The translations under genes were made by a program, and so were the position numbers. The notes beneath the pieces are model-generated. The model was not told where the DNA came from and did not search any database. It was given only the letters and a program-made list of their open reading frames with translations. Below are positions 11,906 to 23,839 of a stretch of DNA of 64,000 nt, one piece after another (positions within the stretch are counted from its first letter, which is position 1; each line of letters opens with the position of its first letter). Origin of the DNA: Octopus vulgaris (taxonomy: Eukaryota); assembly GCA_951406725.2 (NCBI GenBank), contig OX597820.1:110608001-110672000 (forward strand), written 5' to 3'.

Positions 11906-13896
11906 TCTCTATATTATAAATCTGAAATGCGAAAAGTTTGTTTGTTTGTCTGGTTTTGGCATTGAGAACGGGTTAAAGGCCACTAGATCCCGTCGGATTG
12001 ACTCCAAAATTTACAGGGACATGTAAAATGAGGTGAGGATGTTAGTGGGCTAGGTTAGAAATCCCCATCTTAAAAGGTGTCGTTGCTAGGGCCAAAAGCG
12101 CACTTTGACAAGTCTACTCTCATATTTTTATGCATCTGTCTTCCTCCGTCACTCACTCTCTTTCTTCCCTTCCCATCACTTTCTATATATAACGTCGTTT
12201 CATGGCGTCTAACTCTCTTACCTTCACTTTCTCTCTATAACGTCGTGTCACGGCGTTCTATATCTCCCCCCTCCCCGCCTTCGACAGCGCTGCATTCATA
12301 GAGGGAATTAACATCGCCACCAGCACCACCACCACCACCACACAATCATGAGAACAAATTTATGAATCAGATATTTATTGGGTTAATTTATATATGTGTG
12401 TGTGTGTGTGTTCTATATATAAATATGTATATATAATGTATATATACAAAGTGTATATATCTGTATTTATGCATATTAAACTTTTTAATACTTTTTGATA
12501 GTTATATATATTTTATTTTAAATTATAAATATAAATTAATAATTTTAATTTTAAATATAAATAATTTAAATTTTTCAATTTTATATTTTATATATTTTGT
12601 ATATTATATTTTAATTTTTGTTTTGGTTTATGTTTTTCACTGTTTGATTTGCCTATTAGTGGTTTTATCTCTAATTTAATTTATACATATATATATAATT
12701 TGTATACATTTGTATATATAATGCGTGCACACACACACACACACACACATATATACATATATATATATATGTGTGCATTATGTGGTCGGTTGAGCTGAAA
12801 ATATGCACACCTATGTTAAAAGTGCTGGACAAAATTCCTCATCTTGTAAAATTTGGCCCCAGTAGACCCGAATGAAATCGGGTTATATTAACCAAAATGT
12901 GAAAAGGGGTCTAAATGGGGCTGGAAGGGGATTAAAATTTAAAGGAGTGGGTGTTTAGGAATTCTCTGTTACATCAAGCTAAAGAATTTGCACCAGCCTT
13001 TTAATCGCCAATGTGTTGCCGTCCATGACGAAGAAGTTTTGAATGCTTGCCATCGTGAGTCTACTGTCGTGAGAAACAATCACTTCAAAACTTGGTGTTT
13101 AGGAATTTTCTTTTACATCAAGTTCAAAATTTTACGCCAGCCTTTAAACTGTCAATACGTTGCTGTCCGTCGTTAAGAAATGCCAGCCATGGTGACTCTA
13201 CTATCCTCAGATTCTATCCCTTCAAACTTTGGTTTCCAATATTTTATTATTTTTATTCAGCTCGCAAGTTCGTCTGTCCCTTTTAAATGTTAGTGTTTTG
13301 CTGTCTGCCTTGAAGCAGACCTTTCCGTTGTCACTGCCTGATATTTATGATTGATCTTTCAAAATATTTTATTTCTCAACTTACTCAAGATCTTTTGTTG
13401 TTTATAAATGGGAGAGAGATAGATAAAGATAGAGAGTAAGAGAAAGCGAGGGAGAGTCCGAGAGAAAAGAAAAGTAAGAGAGTGAGAAAGTGAGAGAGAA
13501 AGGAGAGAGAAACAAAGAGGGAGAATCATCATCATCGTTTAACGTCTGTTTTCCGTGCTAACACGGGTTGGACAGTTTGACCGGGGTCTGGGAAGCCAGG
13601 AGGCTGCACCAGGCTCCAGTCTGATCCGGCAGTGTTTCTACAGGTGGATGCCCTTCCTAACGCCAACCACTCTGTGAGTGTAGTGGGTGCTTTTTTCGTG
13701 CCACCGGCACAGGTGCCAGGGGTCTGGCAGCGGCTACGATCGGTTGGTGCTTTTTACATGCCCCCGGCACAGAAGCCAGTCAAGGTGGCGCTGCAATCGG
13801 CCACGTTCGGATGGTGCTTTTTACATGCTGAAAGGAAGCAACAGAAAGTAACAACCACACTCTTACCCGTGCGTAGAGCTGGTCACCTTAAGCTAG
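11906..13896 (+). mobile_element. Non-autonomous Helitron-like element
   Basis: A|TC 5' end followed by (GTTT)n. 3' end has a GC-rich subterminal segment (cccgtgcgtagagctgg) then CTAG|T. No TSD. Contains an RTE-tail insertion. Confidence 0.55.
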
Positions 13897-13976
13897 TATA
13901 TATATATTATATTTTGTGAAATTTGATTTAGTATTTCTAAATTGAATTTTTCTCTGTAAGTTTGGAATAATATTCC

Positions 13977-14029
<53 letters not shown>

Positions 14030-16137
14030 GACTACCCATGAACCATTGGGTCACTGACAGTTCAGGTTATGAAGAATGGAAGCTGATTTCAATCTTGTAT
14101 TGAAATGAAAGTTAATTTTATGATGATTCAGTTAAATATTTCTGGTTTACAAGTTCATATTTAAGGTTTTATTGATTATTTACAGCATCTAATAGAAACA
14201 GAACTTCCAGGATAAACTTGAACTCCAGTAACAGCATTTATTTATGGCATATGTGCATACATCTACAAAAATGCAAAAGGAATTGTAATATAACGTAAAC
14301 ATAAAATTAATGAAACCATTTTCACAGTATTTTATATTCCCATTTCAAGGTTATGTTACTTTTGAAGTATATTCCCATTATGTGCCATTCTGGCTATTTA
14401 TGAAGGTACCCCCCAAAAAACCACGTATTTTGGGAATCCATGGTCCGATTTACACGAAACTCGTTTTATTCTGTTTGTTTTCACATTTCAGGGGTACCTT
14501 ACTTTCAGAATATTTTCCCATTATGCACCAGTTTGGCTGAATTAAATTACAAACAAGCATGCACACAAGCAAGCAATCACAGAGTTTTAGTAGTAGTAGT
14601 ATATATATATATATATGTGTGTGTGTAGAGAGAGAGAGAGTTACCTCACATTATATAGGGGCAAGTGGGAGTAATTGGGAAGAAGGTAAAAGAAGGCAGT
14701 GATGGAATTCCAAAGCAAACTCCCAAGGTACAAGAAGGTGAGTGTAAGTGAGGATATGGACAGTGTCTCATGGGAGGGAAGGAGAGAGTGGTTGCTTTTA
14801 TAAGATTGTAAGGGGAGAGTAACAGATGCATAGCAATGGGGGTAGAGGTGAATGTAGTGACTGATGAACAAGAGTGGAGGTGTGGCTAATAGGAAATATC
14901 AGTATGGAGAGACATAAGGTGGGAGAGATAATAGCTCGGGAAGTATAGATCTGAAGTAGGGGAATGATATGCAAGGTGTAGGAACAGTGAACGGATAAAT
15001 GTAGGGTGCATAAGGGTGACTACAGTGAGTGGGCATTTTATCAACTCTGGGAGAGTGTTACAGGAAAACAGCACAACAAATTAATTATAATCCTGCTTTG
15101 CATCTGATTGACCTCACATCTTAATGATGATGAAAGATTGATATGATAGAAAATCACAGTAAACCAAGATAATGTAACAGAATTTAAGATTGATTTTTTT
15201 TGCTTATATCCATAGAATTTTGGGTGATAGACCACATACCTCCATCCTGCCAACAGGGAGACTAAATAAAGAAACAAACACAAACATCTAAATAGTTTAG
15301 ACATGTAGAGGAGAAGGAGGGTTTTAAATTTTTCACTTAATGAGGTTACTGAGTTTTTAGAGGAAGTTAAGGCAAGAAATAGTTTTAAAATTCATTTTTA
15401 ATGAACAGAAATTGAGATCAAAGAATTCTCTTTGCTTTACTGTTAATCCATTAACTAATGAGGAAAAAGGTTTTTTTTATTTTCATTTGTTACAAAATAG
15501 CTTCACTAATTTATTAGGCAAGATAAGGGGACATAACTACGTTAATTTTTGAAACAAATTCTTATCTGACTCTTGAACCAGATCTGATTATAGGTACCAA
15601 CCTTGACTTTGTTTTATCTTTAGACAGACTACTGAGGGCTATTTTATCTAATGTGTCCTTTCCACTTTAAGATGATACAGTGTGATTTGAGAAAGAAAAG
15701 AAGAATTAAGATAACCAGAAATAATTATATGATGGAGAAAAAAAAAAGAAAAAGATCAAACAATGACTAATAAGAAAAGTTTTGTTTTATGCAGAACCCA
15801 TCGTTGAAGAAAGATAATAGTTTTTTTCACCTTCAGGTCAGCCCTACAGAATGTGATTTGATGGGGACCTGACAGTTATTTCTAACAGATTGATCAATCA
15901 TGTAGAGATTTCCTTGTTGGCCCCACAATAGTAATAGTAGTTGCTTTTATCTTTAGGCAAACTTTGATTGACCAGACCAGATCAGAAGTGTTCCAAATGT
16001 GACACAACTTGTTTACAAGAATAGTTAATCAAGGATTAACTTATCCAATGCAAGATTAGTAGATCTGAGCCACAACATTTAGGCCTCTTTATAGGCTCAT
16101 TGTTGTCCACCAACAGAAACTGCTTGTTTTTACTTAC

Positions 16138-16297
16138 TTGAAATCTTCATTTCTGATGAATTCAACAACAATATCTTTCTCAGGTTGAATCTGTAACATT
16201 TTCAATACTAAACATAAAAACGGTGTTGGCTTAATGTTTCCACCAAAAACTCCACCAATATACTTCAGTTCCATTGCTTTGTCAACCATCAGTTCTG
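16138..16297 (-). CDS. PRPF38A: PRPF38A coding exon 2
   Basis: 160-nt exon with cag acceptor (16300-16298) and gtaagt donor. Encodes (A)ELMVDKAMELKYIGGVFGGNIKPTPFLCLVLKMLQIQPEKDIVVEFIRNEDF(K). Phases match exons 1 and 3. Confidence 0.95.
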
Positions 16298-17564
16298 CTG
16301 CAATACATAAATATTAAATTAGTTGAGTTGAAACCTCTCACTCATAATGGAAACAAAACAATTTCTTTACTAAACCCCTCTCATCATCTAGCATAAGGCT
16401 GCCTCCTCCAGTGTTAGCAGTCTTGCAAGCTGCATAGCAACCTCACAACTGCTGGTACCATATAAAAAGCAAGCATTCTGTGCACACTGTAAAACAGTTG
16501 GTATTGGAAAGGGCATCCAGTTACAGAAACCACATCATAGCAGACACTGGAGCAATACTTGGGCCCATCAGATGCTATCAAACTGTCCAATGCATGTTTG
16601 TATGGAACAGGGAAATTAAATAACAATGATGTGTATGTGGTTGCTGGGATGAGTTCATTACTGATGGAAGTGGTTGAAAAAAATATGTAGTAGAGAATGT
16701 AAAAAGAAGTTAAAGACTTTCAAAACGTTGTTGCATATGTTAGCAATAAAGGATTTCTTACATTATGCAAAAATTTAAGAAAGATGTATGACTCACAGCT
16801 TAATAACAAAACTTGATGTTAAATGTATTAGATTTCTAGATGGAGAAAATAGTTAAGTAGGATCCATTGAATGAGTAATGTTAATTTGCATGAAAGCTAG
16901 AGAAAAAAGATGATCAGATACTGAGCAGATGAGCAGACAATAAACATACCCGCTATGTGTAAGAAATGAACCAACTAACAATGGATGTATGATATGAATG
17001 CTGAGTGAAAACATGATGTGAGCAACCAATAGTAAAAGGGGTAAAAGTAGTGACGTGATACTGAGAAATATCGAGCTACACGTCCAGATGACGCAAGATT
17101 GAACAGAAGACTTGTCAATACTAGTATAAAGAAATTGACATTTCAATGATGATGATAATAAGGAGGATATGTAAACACTTAGCATGTACTTTGCTATGTC
17201 TTAGTATTGAGCAACATCATCAAATTGTAGAGATAGTTCCAAACATGATAGTGGTCATGACCAGCAGATTGTAGTTGTTCAGCACCCCAAGTCAAACATA
17301 ATCAAGTAGACCCATGGTCAAAGACAGTTCAACTATGTTCATTCCATCTTTTTAGTGGGATCTACAATTTTATTATCAAAAGCATCATTCCATTTTTTTA
17401 ATATAGTAAAAACCTTTCTGTAAAATGATTTCTGATATTTCTTGTAATATGAGAGACACTAATCATGTAAGTTTTTATAGTTGATTAACTTCAACGTTAG
17501 TTCTGACAGAAGAGAACTGTGGCCAAAAGCATTCCATTTCTGACCATCATATACTTTTTTTTTT

Positions 17565-17670
17565 ATATACGGCCATATCACGATGAAAGCACTGGTTCTC
17601 ATCCAATCACCGAAGTTAAGCAACGTTGAGCCTAGATGGGTGACTGCTTGGGAAACTTAGGTGCTGTAAG
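17565..17670 (+). pseudogene. 5S rRNA-derived sequence with an internal deletion
   Basis: tacggccatatcacgatgaaagcactggttctcatccaatcaccgaagttaagcaacgttgagcct/agatgggtgactgcttggga..ggtgctgtaag matches metazoan 5S rRNA but lacks the GGTTAGTACTT segment. Confidence 0.85.
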
Positions 17671-17685
17671 TGTCTCAGACTTTTA

Positions 17686-17839
17686 GGTGCAGGAGTGGCT
17701 GTGTGGTAAGTAGCTTGCTTACCGACCACATGGCTCCAGGTTCAGTCCCACTATATGGTACCTTGGGACTTCTACTATAGCTACGGGCCAACTAAAGCCT
17801 TGTGAGTGGATTTGGCAGACAGAAACTGAATGAAGCCCG

Positions 17840-17905
<66 letters not shown>

Positions 17906-18460
17906 GATCACGACACTGACCATAGGATTGCACCTAGAAAGTTACCTTCCTAGTCACAAGTCTGGGCAAGGTGGTTTTATGGAAGACCAGCAGTCGCCCA
18001 TGCATACCGGCCTCCCCTCTCCACGCCACCAGTGTTATCCAAGGGAAAGACAAAGGTCGATACAGCTTGGCACCAGTGACGTCGCAACTCATTTCTACAG
18101 CTGAGTGAACTGGAGCAACGTGAAATAAAGTGTCTTGCTCAAGAACACAACACGCAGCCTGGTCCGGGATTCGAGCTCACAACCTCACGATCGTAAGCTC
18201 GACGCTCTAACCACTGAGCCATATATATACACATATATATGTATGTATATGTTTATGTGTCTGTGTTTGTTCCCCAACATCACTTAACAACCGATGCTGG
18301 TGTGTTTCCATCCCTGTAACTTAACAGTTCAGCAAGAGAGAATGATAGAATAAGTACTAGGCTTACAAAGAATAAGTCTCTGGGGTCAATTTGCTCGACT
18401 AAAGATGGTGCCCCAGCATGACCACAGTAAAATGACTGAAACAAGTAAAAGAATAAAAGA
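17686..18460 (+). mobile_element. Family A tRNA-SINE split by a nested SINE in its central (TA)n
   Basis: Head at 17686-17840 and body/tail at about 18240-18460 align to the copies at 10563 and 22908. Confidence 0.8.
17903..18222 (-). mobile_element. Second tRNA-derived SINE family (B), nested in (TA)n
   Basis: Minus strand TGGCTCAGTGGTTAGAGCG...GCTCGAATCCCGG (A and B boxes), followed by a non-tRNA body. TA repeats on both sides. Confidence 0.75.
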
Positions 18461-18849
18461 CTATGTTGCCTAGTGTGTTCTTTTTACACAGTTTCCTGAA
18501 CCCTACAGTTCAGCACAAGGCTGAAAAATATGTTAATTATATGCAAATACATTTAAAAATCATTTTTGTGTTTTCTTCTACAAGGTGACTCAAATATAAA
18601 CCTACTAACAACCAAAGTTAATAGAGCTTCTTAATGCATGTTTGACTTTCTCTCTTTCTATCCTTCTTCTCACTTATCACATTCTCCCCACAACCTTCAT
18701 CCACCTCTCCAATAAATCTATGAAACCCTTTTAAACCCTAATCTCCACTTCGGTCGCCATGGCTCAGGGATTCCAGGAGAACAATTTCCCTGCTGTTCAT
18801 ATTGTCAGTTGTTTGAACCACATTTGATACTTGAACTTGCTATTAGGAT

Positions 18850-20454
18850 AGGCAAGAATGAAATTCAAAACCAAAAAATCTCAAAGTGTGGCTTTTGTGA
18901 AAGGAATCCAAAAAGAAGTGAAATCATGATAGGAAGTGAAGACATACTAACAGTGAAAGAACAACCAGTAAAGAGTCTCAGTAGATAGTACAGAGATTTA
19001 CTAAATGACAAGAAGCAAAGCAAAGAAACACACGATTTAGTGGAACAAGGACTAAAGGCAGTTGACAGAACAACATTAGCGGGGAAATTCAAATGTTGGA
19101 TACTGCAATTTGGACTGTATCCAAGGATAATGTGGCCATTGCAAATGTACAAAGTAGCCTCGAGTAGAGTAGAAAGGATGGAACAAAGATGCAGTGTGTT
19201 TATCAGAAAATGGCTTGGTCTGCCGAAACCACTGACTACAACTGCACTATATGGAAAACCCGTGGTGCAACTACCGATAACATCAATCGCTGAAGAATAT
19301 AAGGTAGGAAAGGCAAGGACAGTAATGATGCAAAGGTATTCCAAAGATCAGAGCATCTGGGAAAACCCTCCAAAGGTACGAACAGGGAGGAAATGGAAGG
19401 CGGAAGAGGCAGTAAACAGGGCAATCGGAAAACTAAGGCATGCAGATATAGTCGGAGCGAAGCAAGAAGCAAGAGCCGGTCTAGGGTTGCATAATTTCAA
19501 GCCATTTTGCATGAGCAGTGTAAAAGAAATGAAAGAGGCAGTGGTGTATAAAGTGAGAAAGGAGGAGAAATGTACATTTGGTGCAATGTAGTTAACAAGG
19601 ACAGTGCCCAAGATGGGAGGAATATGTGGTCAGTTGCAGAATCTCAAGGAAGGAACTTTGGGCTTGGGAACAAGCAAGAACATCCTTCCTGATCAAGTCT
19701 ACCTTCGATGTTTTACCTTCACTGGCGAATTTAGTCCGCTGGAACATACAAACAACTGATGAATGTAGATGCAGAGAGAAAGCGACGGTGAGAGATGTTT
19801 TGTCAAATTGCAGGCTAGCACTAGACAGATATACATGGCGTCACAATCAAGTTCTCGGTGTCATAAGAACAGTACTCAAGGAGAAGATTGAGGGATATAA
19901 TAGGGGAAAATACCCAAAAGTGGAAAAGCACAGAAAAATATACTTCTAGAAGGAGGGAAAAGGATATAAAGCCAGGCCTTCAAATAAAATATACAAGACA
20001 GACAGAAGATGGAAGGGATACTGAGAACTGGCCACGGATTTGGAAAGACTGTTAATATTTCCACTCATAAAAACAACAAAAAGACTGGACTTAACCCTAT
20101 GGAACACGCACCCTTCCCCTCCATTAGTCAGTTGAAGTTTAGACAGTGTCAGTGACAGTTAGCTGGTATTGGCTGCTACCGGTAAGTATTTAAAGGGAAA
20201 TTTGGGAGGATGATCAGTCACCTGCTGACATTCGTTGACGCTGCATCAAAGAAACCAAAGAACAGAAGGAAAAAGGAGAAAGAAGAAACGCACTCAACAC
20301 CAGAGCTGACGACACCTCCAAAAGTAAGGGGCCCACCACGTGGAAAACAGTAGAGGAGTAGGGGCTGAAACTGGACGTGGTTCCTCCTGATGATGTCTTT
20401 AGCCACTGGATCCAGTTGAGGTAGCGAACCACAAAACATGGTTGGAATTCCTTC
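18850..20454 (+). mobile_element. HERO-like RLE LINE, second copy (5'-truncated, internal deletion)
   Basis: RMKFK..K, LAGKFKCWILQFGLYPRIMWPLQMY, RTGRKWKAEEAV, RYTWRHNQVL. Deleted from RxDL to the 3' module. Ends at ggttggaattcc, as copy 1 does. Confidence 0.85.
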
Positions 20455-20756
20455 CTGTTAGCTGCTTGGATTACATTTGATACTTGCACTTGCTATGCCC
20501 TTCCTTCTTTGCAGAATATGACATTCATTTACAACAATCACCTGATGTCAAGACAAAGAGAGAGACACACACACACATGGACTTCTTTCAGCTTTCATTA
20601 AACAAATCCACTCACAAGGTTTTGGTTAGTCTGGGACTATAGAAGATATTTGCTAAAGTTACCACATGGTGGGACTGAACACAAAATCATGTGGTTGGAA
20701 GAAACATATTACAATACATATGTATATAGAAAGAAAGTATTAACAATATCGAAAAC

Positions 20757-21182
20757 CTAATATATCATTTAAAGGGACTTTGAAATCATCACCATCGGTT
20801 AACGTCTGTTTTCCATGCTGGCATGGGTTGGACGGTTTGACTGAGGACTGGCAAGCCAGTAGGCTGCACCAGGCTCCAATTTTACCACGATTTCTACAGC
20901 TGGATGCCCTTCCTAACACCAACCACTCTGAGAGTGTGGTGGGTGCTTTTTACATGTCACTGGCTTGCTTCTGTGCCAGTGACATGTAAAAAGCACCCAC
21001 CACACTCTCAGAGTGGTTGGCGTTAGGAAGGGCATCCAGCTGTAGAAATCGTGGTAAAATTGGAGCCTGGTGCAGCCTACTGGCTTGCCAGTCCTCAGTC
21101 AAACCGTCCAACCCATGCCAGCATGGAAAACGGACGTTAACCGATGGTGATGATTTCAAAGTCCCTTTAAATGATATATTAG
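20757..21182. repeat. Near-perfect fold-back palindrome (arms about 208 bp, 10-nt spacer)
   Basis: 20757-20964 is the reverse complement of 20975-21182. The two differences seen are at CpG sites. Confidence 0.95.
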
Positions 21183-21185
21183 AGT

Positions 21186-21540
21186 TCAGTATGTACTACC
21201 CCACATGCACAATAGTTTTCTAGCTAAATTAGCAATTTGATCAAATTCATTGAAAGAATGCAATTTCTTGTAAAAGTCAAGAAGGCCATGTTTTCTATAA
21301 GTTTTAAAAAATTCTCTACTTTGAAGCTCAATGAGTTCTAACTGGTATTTGGCTGGGACTTCCACATAAATAAATGAAAATGGATCACTCAACAATTTTA
21401 GTTCAATTTCTGTCTTTCTGAAGTCAGAAAATCTGGTCGTAAAATCTAACAAAGCTTCACATAATTTAGTGTATTTTTCAAAGTTGACAGGAAATTCTTT
21501 TAGATAAATTCTGAAAATGTACGATTTCTCCACTCTTCAA
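21186..21540 (-). mobile_element. hAT (Charlie/SPIN/GTF2IRD2-like) transposase fragment
   Basis: ORF ...F..RFSDF..IELKLLSDPF...QLELIELQ...LLDFYK.L...ARKLLCMWGSTY, typical of the region leading into the hAT dimerization domain. Confidence 0.75.
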
Positions 21541-21769
21541 TTGTATTATGAAAAGTTCTAATTTCTTAGTATTCGATCAAACATCCTTGCTGATATTGGA
21601 TTCCTATGCAACCTGCCAGATCTTATTAAACTGTCCAACCCATGCCAGCAAGGAAAACGGACATTAAATGATATATATATAATTGTCTTTTGAAACTATA
21701 GTACATATATAATTTTGTGCAATAGTTTCAATGACAATAGCTAATTACTTAGAAGGTTTAAGGTATGGT

Positions 21770-22365
21770 GTTTCTTACTCTAACTGACTGCAGTGGCCAC
21801 ACCAGCTTTATGATTTTAACATGATTCAGGTGGAGGCAATGGAGAGATTGTGCAGAAAATTCATGCAAAGAAGGCTTGGTGTTCCTCCAACTTTCAGCTT
21901 GGTCATCCTGTACATCCTCTACTTTCTAATTCTATCAATGGTGGAGGAATTTGAAGCCACTAAAGTAAGAACAATCAATACATCTGAGGATGAAAGTGTG
22001 AGACACACTAACAAGACTGATGAAAGTGGCAGGAAATGGAAGCCCCACAAAGCTTTGAAAGAAGTGGAAATGTACCCCAGTAGATTGTTGAAGTAGTCTT
22101 TCAATTACAGCTAGGACTTGATAACTAAAGCATTAAGAGGTGGAGAAATATCAATGTTAGAGGCAAGAGAGGGCTGATAGTGCAGAAAGTTCAAGAGGTA
22201 GCATAAGATCATTATGTAAAAGCAGTAGGGTTCACTAAGGGACAGTGGGCCTATGCATTCAAGTTACCACTGTGCTGGAGAGAACTCTGGAGCACTAACC
22301 AAGAAAAGTTGTCTGTTGCCGACCTCCTGCTAACTTCAAATAACCTTAAAATCTAAGGCAAAGAA
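21770..22365 (+). mobile_element. Old, degenerate HERO-like LINE fragment (a different subfamily)
   Basis: VEAMER..RRLGVPP..SMVEEF..TKVR..SED..VR..SGRKWKP..A is collinear with the ORF at 19040-19591. Confidence 0.6.
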
Positions 22366-22907
22366 GGAGACCTGTCGTGCAAGCGACGTGGAGCAGTTCT
22401 TTGCACTCTGAACTTTGGGTAAAATGGATATATATTGATTTTTTTTGAGGCTCCGATTCTGAAAAAAAAATTTCAAGAATCGCATTTTCAAAATTTCGAC
22501 CCCACCTTCACTTTTCACCACCCCTCAGGCTGGTTATTTTATTTTTTTTGTTCCCTGGTGAAGGTCTTTATATTGACCGCAGTTTCTACTGAATGCAAAG
22601 CGTATTTGATGTTTATTTTGTCTACCTCTCTCTCTCTCTATCTATCTATTTCTATATATGTGTATCATCGACCACACATACTCAATATATATACGTTTGC
22701 TTGTTTACCGGCAGCCTGCAGCAAACTAGCAAAACACATACGTTGAGTACCTGTGGTGGATGGTATGTACAACACTGGTGCTACTTCTAATTAATATTTG
22801 AAAATATGTGTGTGTGTGTGGTTTTGAAACTACTGTACGAAAAATGTTTACCGAGTCTACTATGTTTGGAATTATTTTCACACTGACATTATATATAAAT
22901 AGATATA

Positions 22908-23297
22908 TCTCTTTACTCTTTTACTCGTTTCAGTCATTTGACTGTGGCCATGCTGGAGCACCGCCTTTAGTCGAGCAAATCGACCACAGGACTTATTCTT
23001 TGTAAGCCTAGTACTTATTCTATCGATCCTTTTGCCAAACCGCTAAGTTACGGGGACCTAAACACACCAGCATCGGTTGTCAAGCGATGTTGGGAAGACA
23101 AACACAGACACACAAACATACACACACATACATATATACAACGGGCTTCTTTCAGTTTCCGTCGACCAAATCTATTCACAAGGCTTTGGTCGGCCCGAGG
23201 CTATAGTAGAAGACACATGCCCAAGGTGCCACGCAGTGGGACTGAACCCAGAACCATGTGGTTGGTAAGCAAGCTACTTACCACACAGCCACTCCTA
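22908..23297 (-). mobile_element. Family A tRNA-SINE
   Basis: Full-length match to 10563-10965. Confidence 0.85.
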
Positions 23298-23709
23298 TAT
23301 ACACAGTTCGCAAAACTACTGAACATGGTCTGAAGAATATACGTGACGATCGTCGCATTGCTTCAATAAATATAAGGAGAAAAACACGCTACATAAATTG
23401 AAATTACATAATTTTAAAAAAGTATAACAATAGAGACAGGCACCGTTGAGAGCGGTGATCTGAATTCGCACGAAAAGTTTTGGTAATCATTTAAATGTAT
23501 TTCACATAACTTTGGTTGCTAATATTTTTGACAAAGGAACGTCATAACAATTAGTCCTTGCGCCTACATGAACTGTGGCCTCATATTTAACACAGAAAAT
23601 TATTAAATGAGACAAACATAAATCACGCTCGTTCCTATTGCAGAATAAAAATCATTTCAATAAGTTGCGTATAAATATACAAAAGGTATTTAGCGGAGTT
23701 TCAAATTAC

Positions 23710-23839
23710 CAGTTAATGCAAAACATTCTTCTTTCCAATAACGACTTTCATAAATCCTAGTTCGTATAATTTTCTCTACTAAATACTGTGGATTAGTTCC
23801 TTTAACTGAGTGAGCATCTTTCACGGTCCGATTAGCCAT
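23710..23839 (-). CDS. PRPF38A: PRPF38A coding exon 1 (pre-mRNA splicing factor 38A)
   Basis: ATG at 23839. Encodes MANRTVKDAHSVKGTNPQYLVEKIIRTRIYESRYWKEECFALT, the conserved Prp38A N-terminus. 130 nt, then a gtaatt donor. Confidence 0.97.

Noticed and set aside
12950-13260. Captured gene fragment in the Helitron-like element
   Set aside because: It shows a diverged tandem duplication of roughly 140 bp, but no recognisable protein in any frame.
17565-17670. Functional 5S rRNA gene
   Set aside because: It has a deletion in the internal control region, several substitutions, and no tandem array.
18150-18222. tRNA gene
   Set aside because: It has A and B boxes but no proper acceptor stem, and continues into a SINE body.
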